Below are positions 16,540 to 25,200 of a DNA stretch of 32,000 bases, piece by piece (the stretch's first letter is position 1; each line of letters starts with the position of its first letter). The position numbers were made by a program, and so were the translations under genes. Where the stretch lies: contig NZ_CP007754.1 in NCBI RefSeq assembly GCF_000757865.1, forward strand, positions 90,001-122,000, in the 5' to 3' direction. The DNA comes from Prochlorococcus sp. MIT 0801 (GTDB lineage: Bacteria; Cyanobacteriota; Cyanobacteriia; PCC-6307; Cyanobiaceae). The notes below the pieces were generated by a model that saw only the letters and a program-made list of their open reading frames with translations, made no database searches and was not told where the DNA came from.

Positions 16540-17604
16540 ATGACTTCTATCGTTTTTAATGGGAGCTACATAACTAAAAAAAATACAGGTATTGGAGTTG
16601 TTTCTAAGGAGTTACTATATTCTTTTTCATCGAATAAAATAACTACACTCATCCCAAAAGATATAGGTATAAAAGGTGATATTTATATACCTAATAACTT
16701 GTCTCCAGGTTCTGGCTTGAAAAGTCATTTTAGACGACTCTACTGGCTTCAAGATTCTGTTCCAAAATTAATGAATAATTTAAATGCTGAATATTTTCTA
16801 TCACCATTATTGGAAGCGCCATTATTTTCTAATATTAAATCTATTGTTTTGGCCCATGATTTAATACCAATTAGGTATCCTTCGATATCATTTTTAACTT
16901 TATATCATTTAATTTATATCCCTCTAATTTTAAAACAATCAAAGTTAATTTTATGTAATTCTATATCTACTGCTAATGATTTACATAGATTTTACAAGGT
17001 TCCTATGCATAAATTATTTCCAATCAAGTTAGGATTTGATAATAAAAAGTATTATCCAATAAAGAAAAATCGAAAAAAATTCTTTCTTATTATCGGCAGG
17101 CATAATCCACATAAAAATTTAGTAAGGGTTATCAAAGCATTTGCACATGCCAAAATTAATGGTTATAAGCTTATTTTTGTAGGCCCTTTTGATAAAAGGC
17201 ATACACCAAGCCTTCTAAAACTAATTGATAAATATAATATTAAAGATTTATGTGTCTGGAAAGGTTGGATTAATGACGATGAAAAATTATCTTTATTAAA
17301 CGAATGTCACGCACTTATTATTGCCAGTCTTTGGGAAGGATTTGGCCTTCCAGCACTTGAGGCAATGGCCTGTGGAACCCCAGTTATCGCTTCTGAAAGG
17401 GGAGCGCTTCGCGAAGTTATTGGAAATTATGGTTATTTTATTAATCCATTCAATATTCAATCAATAGCTTCTGCGATGAATGCAGTCATAAATGATAAAA
17501 AATGCTTTGAAAAAGCTCTTCAAGAGGGCCCATCACGAGCTGAGTCGTTTAATTGGTTGGATACTGCTAAAACTATAGAAAAAATTATTCAAGAAATCGA
17601 TTAA
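16540..17604 (+). CDS. glycosyltransferase, family 4 (GT-B, group 1)
   Basis: C-terminal GT4 signature SLWEGFGLPALEAMACGTPVIAS.RGALREV. Length is typical (354 aa). Confidence 0.9.
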   Translation: MTSIVFNGSYITKKNTGIGVVSKELLYSFSSNKITTLIPKDIGIKGDIYIPNNLSPGSGLKSHFRRLYWLQDSVPKLMNNLNAEYFLSPLLEAPLFSNIKSIVLAHDLIPIRYPSISFLTLYHLIYIPLILKQSKLILCNSISTANDLHRFYKVPMHKLFPIKLGFDNKKYYPIKKNRKKFFLIIGRHNPHKNLVRVIKAFAHAKINGYKLIFVGPFDKRHTPSLLKLIDKYNIKDLCVWKGWINDDEKLSLLNECHALIIASLWEGFGLPALEAMACGTPVIASERGALREVIGNYGYFINPFNIQSIASAMNAVINDKKCFEKALQEGPSRAESFNWLDTAKTIEKIIQEID

Positions 17605-17811
17605 TCTTTCTTTTCTCGGTTGTCAGTGGAAAGGTAATTGAGGCTATGTAAAACATTTAAACTATTAATTATTAAAAGCAATTCTATTATTTGGTTTGAT
17701 TATTATTCAGATTCATAAAATTAACTCGTGATTACCTGAAACTACTTTTTCTAATATAGCTTCGTTTGAAACTTACAACTGCTATTATATTACTTCAAGT
17801 CTATTTTTAAT

Positions 17812-17982
17812 ATGCCTAATAAAAAATCGAAAAAAAAATTAACTTCTAAAAAAATTGACGTAAATAAGGAGAACCAGGCAACACCTAAAACGGCAAAGAT
17901 TGTCCTCTTTGTATTTGGAGTAGGACCTTTAATTCTTATGGCCTTATTTTTATTCTCAAATGGATTTTTCAATTCTCCTTGA
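17812..17982 (+). CDS. small basic membrane protein (56 aa)
   Basis: ATG 17812 to TGA 17980-17982. Translates MPNKKSKKKLTSKKIDVNKENQATPKTAKIVLFVFGVGPLILMALFLFSNGFFNSP, a Lys-rich N-terminus plus one TM helix. More protein-like than the antisense track ORF 17790..17990. Confidence 0.5.
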   Translation: MPNKKSKKKLTSKKIDVNKENQATPKTAKIVLFVFGVGPLILMALFLFSNGFFNSP

Positions 17983-18152
17983 TAATTCAATAAATCTTTA
18001 GATGAGGAACTATCGTTTTTTTTCTTATTTGAAAATCTTTATCCAAATCTTTTTTCCTTTGTCTTCTTTTTATAACATCATTTGTTGATTGATCGATATA
18101 TCAACCATTTATTTTTTGTTTCTAGCTAAAATTTGTTTTTATAGAACTTCTA

Positions 18153-18470
18153 ATGCAACTCTATTTGGTTGATTGCCAGTTCACGGATAGTGATAATCAA
18201 ATTGCTGCTTATAAGCAGTTTGTAAAATTTTGGGAAAATGGAGAGATGTCTAAACAAGATAAGTTTGACGGATTTGAAATGCTATTTCGTGTTCACGCTC
18301 CTGGAGAGGGTCGAGTTGTTATTCTATGCAATGCAAATGGTGATAAAGAACTTTTTCAACATTTTGCCCCCTGGAGAGCTCAGTTTGGTCTCGATATGGA
18401 AATTACTCCAGTTATTAGTTGTCAAAATGTTGTGGACTATCACAAAGAATTATTCGAAAAAATTTCTTGA
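18153..18470 (+). CDS. conserved hypothetical protein (105 aa), possibly DUF3303-like
   Basis: Clean ATG ORF. The family call rests only on my recollection of size and pattern (W...E....FE.L...H.PG.G) and is weak. Confidence 0.65.
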   Translation: MQLYLVDCQFTDSDNQIAAYKQFVKFWENGEMSKQDKFDGFEMLFRVHAPGEGRVVILCNANGDKELFQHFAPWRAQFGLDMEITPVISCQNVVDYHKELFEKIS

Positions 18471-18547
18471 ATGTACTCAACAACTCTATTAGCTATTTAA
18501 AACCTGATTTTAATTTATAAATTGAAGATAAAGCTTAAAATACTTTT

Positions 18548-18724
18548 TTATCTGTTTGAGATAGCGTTTTCACTTGTCCATATATTTTTAAAGCCTACTT
18601 TATCCTTGAGTAATTGAACAGGTAGACTAATTAATATTCCTAATGCAATCAAAGCAAAAGAATCGGTTGTGAATCTAGCTATGCCCCAATCTGATGAGGC
18701 TAAAGCAAAAATAGATAGATGCAT
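18548..18724 (-). CDS. possible small membrane protein (58 aa)
   Basis: Minus-strand ATG (18722-18724) to TAA (18548-18550). Translates MHLSIFALASSDWGIARFTTDSFALIALGILISLPVQLLKDKVGFKNIWTSENAISNR. Below the track cutoff. Confidence 0.3.
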   Translation of the reverse strand: MHLSIFALASSDWGIARFTTDSFALIALGILISLPVQLLKDKVGFKNIWTSENAISNR

Positions 18725-19005
18725 GGAATTAATTTTTTAAAAAATATTATCAGGCTGTTTATTATAAATTTAATTACTTATTAAAAATTATTGTATTGAA
18801 GATTGTAAGAAAACCTTTTCAAGATGAATTGATTTAATCGCTTATAAATCTAAATCCTCTCTGCGCTTTATAGCTCTAAAAGTGAATTTGAATTTCTTTT
18901 TTATGAATAGAACGCTTTTATGCTTTTCGATTTCACTGTTTCTTCTGCTATTTAGGGGAAATGAATCTTGAAAAAATGGATTTTGTTGTTCTTGCAAAAG
19001 TAATT

Positions 19006-19256
19006 AAAAAGGACGCCTTCCAGCGTCCATGGATCAATTGGGTAATAAGGCTGACCTGACCCCATCTCCTAAAAGATCAAGCAGCAACAGGGGCTGTTTG
19101 ACGGGAGAAACTAACGATGTTGTTAGCAGTTATGGTTTTGCTCTGACCGAGCAGGCTTCAGTCACTCTCCTGATACCCCGTCGAAGCCATTGCAGCCCCA
19201 TTTATGGAGCTGAGCGGAATCGAACCGCTGTCCGAGATACTGGTGTGAATCACCTA
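19006..19256 (-). ncRNA. ssrA: tmRNA gene, circularly permuted (two-piece) form
   Basis: Reading the minus strand in order:
- T-arm AGCGG-TTCGATT-CCGCT, then the 3' acceptor strand CAGCTCC plus discriminator A (down to 19205).
- A 5-nt spacer TAAAT.
- The 5' acceptor strand GGGGCTG (19199-19193), giving a G3:U pair, then CTTCGACGGGG.
- Tag frame GCT AAC AAC ATC GTT AGT TTC TCC CGT CAA ACA GCC CCT GTT GCT GCT TGA (19127-19077), encoding ANNIVSFSRQTAPVAA.
- Terminator hairpin GGACGC-TGGAAG-GCGTCC plus TTTTT (19028-19006).
The 5' boundary is approximate. Confidence 0.88.
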
Positions 19257-19356
19257 GTCCATTAGAAAACAGACAAATACATTCTGACAGATCTTTTGGA
19301 ATTAATCGATTAGTGTTTGAAGATCTGCTTTACCTTTTTTTAATAACTTAAAAGTA

Positions 19357-20484
19357 ATGAAAATTGTTGCATCTATTTCACAAGGTCTTGAAAAAGAGGG
19401 TGCAAAAGAGTTGATAGAACTTGGAGCTAAATCAGTTAAAGCTTCAAGGAGGCATATATCATTTGAAGCTGATAAGGCTTGTTTATACAGAATACATTTA
19501 AGAGCTCGCTTGTCTTTTAGATTTTTAAGAGAGGTTGTTAGATTTCCTTGCCATGGTCCCAATGAACTCTATGGTGGTGTTCAAAGGTTAATTGATTGGG
19601 ACAATTGGCTTAAGCCTACACAAAGTTTTCGAGTAGATGTAACTGGATTTGGAGAAGGATTATCACATACTCATTTCACTGCTTTGCAGGTGAAAAATGC
19701 AATTATTGATTTACAAAGAGACCGATTGGGTTCACGTTCAAGCATTGATTTGAACAATCCAGATATTTGTTTTCATTTACATTTGTCAAATTATCAAGCT
19801 GTTTTGAGCGTTGATGGTAGCAACTCGAGTCTTCATAAAAGAGGGTATAGACCAGCCCTTGGAATAGCTCCGATTAAGGAGACATTGGCTGCAGGTTTAA
19901 TGAGAATGACTGAGTGGGATGGTACGAATAATTTGGTAGATCCATTATGTGGTTCCGGAACATTTTTGATTGAAGCAGTGAGCATGTTGATTGGAATTGC
20001 ATCTGGTGTGGATAGACAATTTCTGTTTAAGAATTGGCCAGATTTTGATATCTCTATTTGGAATAAAGAATTAAAAATGGCACAGAAGAAGATAAAACCT
20101 TTAAATAGAAAGTTACCTAAGATAATTGGATGTGAAGTTGATGAAATGATTGCTCATTCTGCTATTGAAAACGTTAGAAAAGCGGGCTTAGAAGATTATA
20201 TAGAAATAATTAACTGTCCTTTTCAAGAATTTCAATTACCCCCTGGATTAGGATTTTTAATTTGTAACCCTCCTTATGGGAAAAGAATAGGAGATGAAAA
20301 TCAACTACCTAATCTTTATAAACAATTAGGAGCATATTGCAAGGAAAAAGCTTCTGGCTGGGAACTTTGGTTACTTAATGGGAATCCAAAACTAAGTAAA
20401 TATTTAGGGATGAAAGCTAGTCGACGCTTTCAAGTAAATAATGGTTCAATTGATTGTCGATGGTTGAATTATAAAATTAAATAA
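19357..20484 (+). CDS. THUMP-domain class I SAM-dependent RNA methyltransferase (RlmL/COG0116-like)
   Basis: SAM-binding motif DPLCGSGTFLIEA and catalytic NPPYG motif, preceded by an N-terminal region of about 160 aa consistent with a THUMP domain. Confidence 0.88.
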   Translation: MKIVASISQGLEKEGAKELIELGAKSVKASRRHISFEADKACLYRIHLRARLSFRFLREVVRFPCHGPNELYGGVQRLIDWDNWLKPTQSFRVDVTGFGEGLSHTHFTALQVKNAIIDLQRDRLGSRSSIDLNNPDICFHLHLSNYQAVLSVDGSNSSLHKRGYRPALGIAPIKETLAAGLMRMTEWDGTNNLVDPLCGSGTFLIEAVSMLIGIASGVDRQFLFKNWPDFDISIWNKELKMAQKKIKPLNRKLPKIIGCEVDEMIAHSAIENVRKAGLEDYIEIINCPFQEFQLPPGLGFLICNPPYGKRIGDENQLPNLYKQLGAYCKEKASGWELWLLNGNPKLSKYLGMKASRRFQVNNGSIDCRWLNYKIK

Positions 20485-20485
20485 T

Positions 20486-20872
20486 TTAATTTTTGCCTAA
20501 AACAGCTTTAGTAGTTTTTGCGATTCCCTCCAATGTTTCTGGAAGGTAAGGACCTTTTGCAAGATATCCTCCAATTCTTAGACTAATCCCAGCTAATATA
20601 AGATTTAAAAATACTAAAGTTAAAATTGTTGATTTGCTATCTGTTTGAAGTAAGTCTCTAAGCCAATATCCGAGAATCAATTCAGATCCAACTAGTGCAA
20701 ATAACATCAATACCCCACCAGTAGCTAAGAAAATTAAACCACTTATCAGGCGGCGTTTTTCTTTGTCCATTTCTTGCAGTGCTATGCGGACATGAAGGTC
20801 CATCACTGAACTTGCTAATGCAGTAACTCTTGCGGCAGCTCCTATCCCTTTTTTGCGTTCTGAGTTGGTCAT
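20486..20872 (-). CDS. YqjE-like membrane protein (DUF1469 / Holin-X superfamily)
   Basis: Amphipathic N-terminus (R.ALQEMDKEKRRL) followed by two TM helices, as in E. coli YqjE. Its start overlaps the stop of the upstream DUF883-like gene by 1 nt. Confidence 0.7.
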   Translation of the reverse strand: MTNSERKKGIGAAARVTALASSVMDLHVRIALQEMDKEKRRLISGLIFLATGGVLMLFALVGSELILGYWLRDLLQTDSKSTILTLVFLNLILAGISLRIGGYLAKGPYLPETLEGIAKTTKAVLGKN

Positions 20873-21336
20873 TAATTTCTTCTGCCTCCACCTAGCAGTA
20901 TGCCAAATAAAACTCCAATTCCAGCAGCAATGCCTATGGCTAAGAGGGGTCTTTTTCTTACTGGCTTTTCAATTCGTGGTCTTAGCTTACTATTTAACTC
21001 ATCTAAAATATCTTCAAGCTGTTTTTCGAGAGGCTCCAAAGACTCGGCTAGCCCTCTAGTTGTGTTAGTTGCTGAATGGAAAATTTCTTCAAGTTGTTCT
21101 TGCACTCCAAAACTGTTTTTTCCTGAATGAACAGATATGACATTGATTAAATCTTCGAGACTGCCTTTAGTTGCTTCTATTGTTTGTTTAGCTAAATCTG
21201 GCCATCGCTCTTGAATTTTTGGCAATAAGTTATCAAACTGCTCATTGAACCACTGTTCTGGTGGCTTATCAGCAATAGCTTCTTCAGCTTCGACTGAATT
21301 TGATGATGAAGAGGGTGAGGAATTCACTGATTCCAT
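20872..21336 (-). CDS. ElaB/YqjD/DUF883-family membrane-anchored protein
   Basis: Long helical acidic region, then the family-typical C-terminal anchor RKRPLLAIGIAAGIGVLFGILLGGGRR. Confidence 0.72.
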   Translation of the reverse strand: MESVNSSPSSSSNSVEAEEAIADKPPEQWFNEQFDNLLPKIQERWPDLAKQTIEATKGSLEDLINVISVHSGKNSFGVQEQLEEIFHSATNTTRGLAESLEPLEKQLEDILDELNSKLRPRIEKPVRKRPLLAIGIAAGIGVLFGILLGGGRRN

Positions 21337-21553
21337 AAACCTAAAGGTTTATTAAAGAATAGAGAAATATTTCCCTAATCGAAACCCCTTAATACAATTC
21401 AATTTTAAAAGTTGCCTCACAAGAATTCTTTTTTTGAAGTCTTAAATGTTTGAAGTCCAAAATTTCATAAGGATATTTCGTCGTCTTTGCTTACAAATAT
21501 TGCTATTCGAATACGTATAGTGCTAAACGTCACTGGTATCTTCTAATTGACCC

Positions 21554-21691
21554 ATGGGCGTCGGAATTTCATCAATGGTTTTTGCCTCTAATACAATCCC
21601 TACTGATTTTGGCTTAGTTCTAGCTGCAATTGCAGGTGCTGGAAGCCTTCTTTTAATTGCTTTAAGGTTTGTCCCTGAGGCTAAAAGCTAA
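21554..21691 (+). CDS. small hydrophobic protein (45 aa)
   Basis: ATG 21554 to TAA 21689-21691. Translates MGVGISSMVFASNTIPTDFGLVLAAIAGAGSLLLIALRFVPEAKS, with one TM helix. Below the track cutoff. Confidence 0.4.
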   Translation: MGVGISSMVFASNTIPTDFGLVLAAIAGAGSLLLIALRFVPEAKS

Positions 21692-21783
21692 AAAATTTAT
21701 CATTAAGCATTTTCTATTTAGGAGATTTATCTCCTGAATAATTTTTATGGAAATTTCCTGTTTAGTTTTTTAATATTTTTCAA

Positions 21784-22173
21784 TTGAGTAATCTTGGTAA
21801 AAAAAATGTTTCTAGGTGGGTTTTGTTGAAACACATTGGATCACCAGATGATATTAAAGGTGTCCATTATGATTTGCTTGTGGAAGATAAAGAATTTTGC
21901 AAAACATGGCGCTTGAGTGATATTCCGTTATTGGATGGACCTTATGTTGATTCTGTTTATACTGCGCCTCATAATCTTTCCTGGCTTGATATCAAAGAAA
22001 AAGTTGTTTCAGGAAATAGAGGAGTTGCAAAGAGAATCAAGCAAGGTATTTTTTTGCAATCTTTTGCATCACTGGAGCGTAATTCGATAAATTTATCGTT
22101 GGTATGGGACAAGCTTGAAGTGGATTTGTTATTGGATGAAAATGGTTGCAGACTTCTCAGTAAGAAAAAGTAA
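21784..22173 (+). CDS. conserved hypothetical protein with weak LigD_N (3'-phosphoesterase)-like pattern
   Basis: TTG-start ORF. WVLLKHIG....GVHYDLLVED...CKTWRL resembles the F.vQKH.A..LHYD.RLE....KSWAvPKGP core of the LigD phosphoesterase domain. The similarity was judged by eye only. Confidence 0.55.
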   Translation: MSNLGKKNVSRWVLLKHIGSPDDIKGVHYDLLVEDKEFCKTWRLSDIPLLDGPYVDSVYTAPHNLSWLDIKEKVVSGNRGVAKRIKQGIFLQSFASLERNSINLSLVWDKLEVDLLLDENGCRLLSKKK

Positions 22174-22249
22174 TTATTTCTTATGAGTTAGAAGGACTTG
22201 AGTTTTTTTTATATATCGCTAAAGTCATTCTTATTGTGTATGGGTTCTG

Positions 22250-25200
22250 TTGGTCCATATCAACCACGTAGATTTGTCTCATTTCAAGTCCTTCGGTGGA
22301 TCGATGTCGATTCCACTTGAAGAAGGCTTTACTGTTGTAACAGGTCCAAATGGTTCAGGTAAAAGCAATATTCTTGATGGAGTTTTATTTTGTTTAGGGC
22401 TTGCAAATAGTCGAGGCATGAGAGCAGACAGATTGCCTGACTTAGTTAATAGTGGCGTATTAAAAGCTGGAAAATCTTCGGAAACCAAAGTAACTGTCAA
22501 ATTTGATTTAAGTGATTGGAAGCCTGATGAAGCCGAAGAAGGGATAGAACCTACTGAGGAAGGACCTTGGATTAAGCCTGATCAAAAAGAATGGACTGTA
22601 TCAAGAAGATTAAAAGTTATGCCAGGAGGGTCATATGCCTCCACTTACAGTGCAGATGGTGAGAATTGTAATTTACAGCAATTGCAGACCCAATTAAGGC
22701 GCCTAAGAATCGATCCTGAGGGAAGCAATGTTGTTATGCAAGGAGATGTTACTCGAATTGTTTCTATGAGTAATAAGGATCGTAGAGGCCTGATAGACGA
22801 ACTTGCTGGTGTTGCACTATTTGATACACGTATTGATCAAACTCGTACCAAGTTGGATGATGTTTATGAAAGACAGGAACGTTGTCGGATTGTTGAACAA
22901 GAACTGATTCTTTCAAAACAGCGCTTGCAAAAAGATTGTGAGAAAGCAAGTTTATATAAAGATCTAAAAAATCAATTATTAATTGGCAAACAGCAAGAAT
23001 TAGTTTTATCTTATGAAAATGCCAAAAAGGGACTGGAAAAATTAGATATAGATCACCAAGAATTGCTTAAAAAAGAAAAAATAGATTCAGAAAATTTACT
23101 TAATCATGAAAATGATTTAAGTAAATGCATAGAAAAATTAGATATTTTACAAAAAAATGTTAAAGACCTCGGTGAAGATCAATTGCTTGACGTTCAAGGT
23201 AAATTAGCAGGGATTGAATCTCAACATAGAGAGCTAGAAAGACAAGGACTGAATCATAAAAATGAAGGAGAAAAATTACAGGAATCTAGAAATAATCTTC
23301 TACAGAAAAAGAAAGATTATCAAACTGATTTGCAAAGTAAAATGAATGAGATAAATCCTAAAGAACTCGAAGAAGCTGACTTAAGATGTAAAGAAGCTCA
23401 GGCTTGGGTTGACTCCTCTAGAAGGAAACTTTCAGATGTAGCTGGTCGTTCTGGTGAATGGATAGAAAAACATCAGAAAGCGAGAGATGACCTTAATAAA
23501 ATTCGATTGGAATTAGATCCTAAAAGACTAGAGAAACAAAATATTGAAGAAAGTTTATTGCAATTAAATGTTATTTTAAAAGAGTTAGAGACTGATCAAC
23601 AAGCTGATGAATCTTCTAATAAAAAAGTACATATAGAAATTAGTAATTTGAATAAAAAATGGGATGATATTTTAAATTTACTGTCTCTTAAAAAAGAAGA
23701 ATTTAAAATATTAGTATCCGAGAAAGGTATACAAGAGCGCACTAAATATAGATTAGAGAAAGAACAAGTAAAGCTTCAAAATGATATTGCACGTTTAGAA
23801 AGTAGGAGAGAAATGATATCCGAAAGTCGAGGTACAAATGCAATAACTTTGTTATTAGAGTCTGGTTTAGAAGGTATACATGGGCCTGTTGCTAATTTAG
23901 GTGAAGTGGAAGATCGTTATAGGATTGCTCTTGAAGTAGCAGCTGGCGCAAGGCTTGGACAGGTTGTTGTCGATAGTGATCAAATTGCTGCAAAATCAAT
24001 TGATCTTTTAAAACGAAAAAGAGCTGGAAGATTGACGTTTTTGCCTCTTAATAAGATTTTAAAAAACTCTCATAACAGGTCTGATGTATTTCAGAGATCT
24101 GTTCACACTAATCTCAATAAAAGCACTGGATTAATCGGCAAGGCTATTGATTTGATTCAATATGATTCAATATATAAAAATGTTTTTTTGTATGTATTTG
24201 GTGAAACAATTGTTTTTAATGACTTGTCATCAGCTCGTAATCAAATTGGGATAAAAAGATCTGTTACTTTAGAAGGCGAATTGCTGGAAAAGAGTGGAGC
24301 GATGACTGGTGGAAGTTTAAATAATAGAGCCTTGGGTTTGAGTTTTGGAAGAGTAAAAGATAATGATGAATGTGATCTTTTGAAGAATAGATTATTAGAA
24401 GTAGGTGAGACTTTAAGTAATTGTCAAAAGAACGAAAATCAACTCATCCATAGGCTAGAGAATCTTAGAACTCAGCTCAGTCAATTAGAACAAGAAAAAG
24501 CAGCACTTGATGCTGAAAGATTAACTTCTAGAAGATCAAATTCACCATTATTAGAACGCCAAAGTCATCGCTCCAAAAGAATTAATGATCTAAAAAAATC
24601 TAAAAAAGAAAAAGTATTTCAATTAGAAGCTATTAATTTGAGTATTAAACCTTTAGAGGACGTTTTGTTAGAAATTGAGCAGGAGGAGAAAAAAATAGAC
24701 AAATCAAGTGACTCATCTGTTTGGTCTAAATTACAAAATGATCTAGAAAATGCTGATAAAAATCTACTTACTTTTAGAAATAAAAGAGATGAGATTTCAA
24801 ATAAGCAATCCCAAAATAAGCTTGCAATTGATAGATTAAATGATCAAGAAACTTCTTTAATAATGGAAGAAAAACGCTTAAAGGATTCCATAGATACACT
24901 TGCTTCTGCTCATATAGCTTGGCGTGAGCAGAGCAAACTACTAGATATCAATCGGCAAGATTTGATCAATCAACAAAAAGATTTAGAAACTCGTTTTGGG
25001 GAACAACGAAGAGAAAGAGATTGCGTGGAAGCTGATGTAGCTAAAAAACGATTGACTTTACAAGAAATGCAATGGAATCTCCAACGTGTAAGGGAAGATC
25101 AAAAAAACATGAAGGAAGAAATACGAATGGAAACTATTCGCTGTACTGAATTAGAGAAGAAGCTTCCTAATCCAAAGCCTTTGATTTCAGATGAGATAAG

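Noticed and set aside
17790-17990. 66-aa minus-strand ORF
   Set aside because: The opposite strand encodes a more convincing 56-aa protein (Lys-rich N-terminus plus a clean TM helix, ATG start). Only one of the two is likely to be real.
18238-18492. 84-aa alternative-frame + strand ORF
   Set aside because: It is nested out of frame inside the 105-aa conserved-looking gene 18153..18470.
18961-19059. 32-codon + strand ORF starting MNLEKMDFVVLAKVIKK
   Set aside because: It overlaps the tmRNA terminator and 3' end on the opposite strand, and there is no supporting signal.
19029-19265. 78-aa + strand ORF from the six-frame track (MDQLGNKADLTPSPKRSS...)
   Set aside because: It lies exactly antisense to the tmRNA gene. 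The open frame comes from the GC-richer structured RNA sequence, and it has no plausible protein features.
20682-21130. ORFs 20682..20891 (-), 20853..21059 (+) and 20900..21130 (+)
   Set aside because: These are alternative-frame or antisense ORFs inside the yqjD/yqjE-like genes, whose family-typical membrane anchors support the annotated frames.
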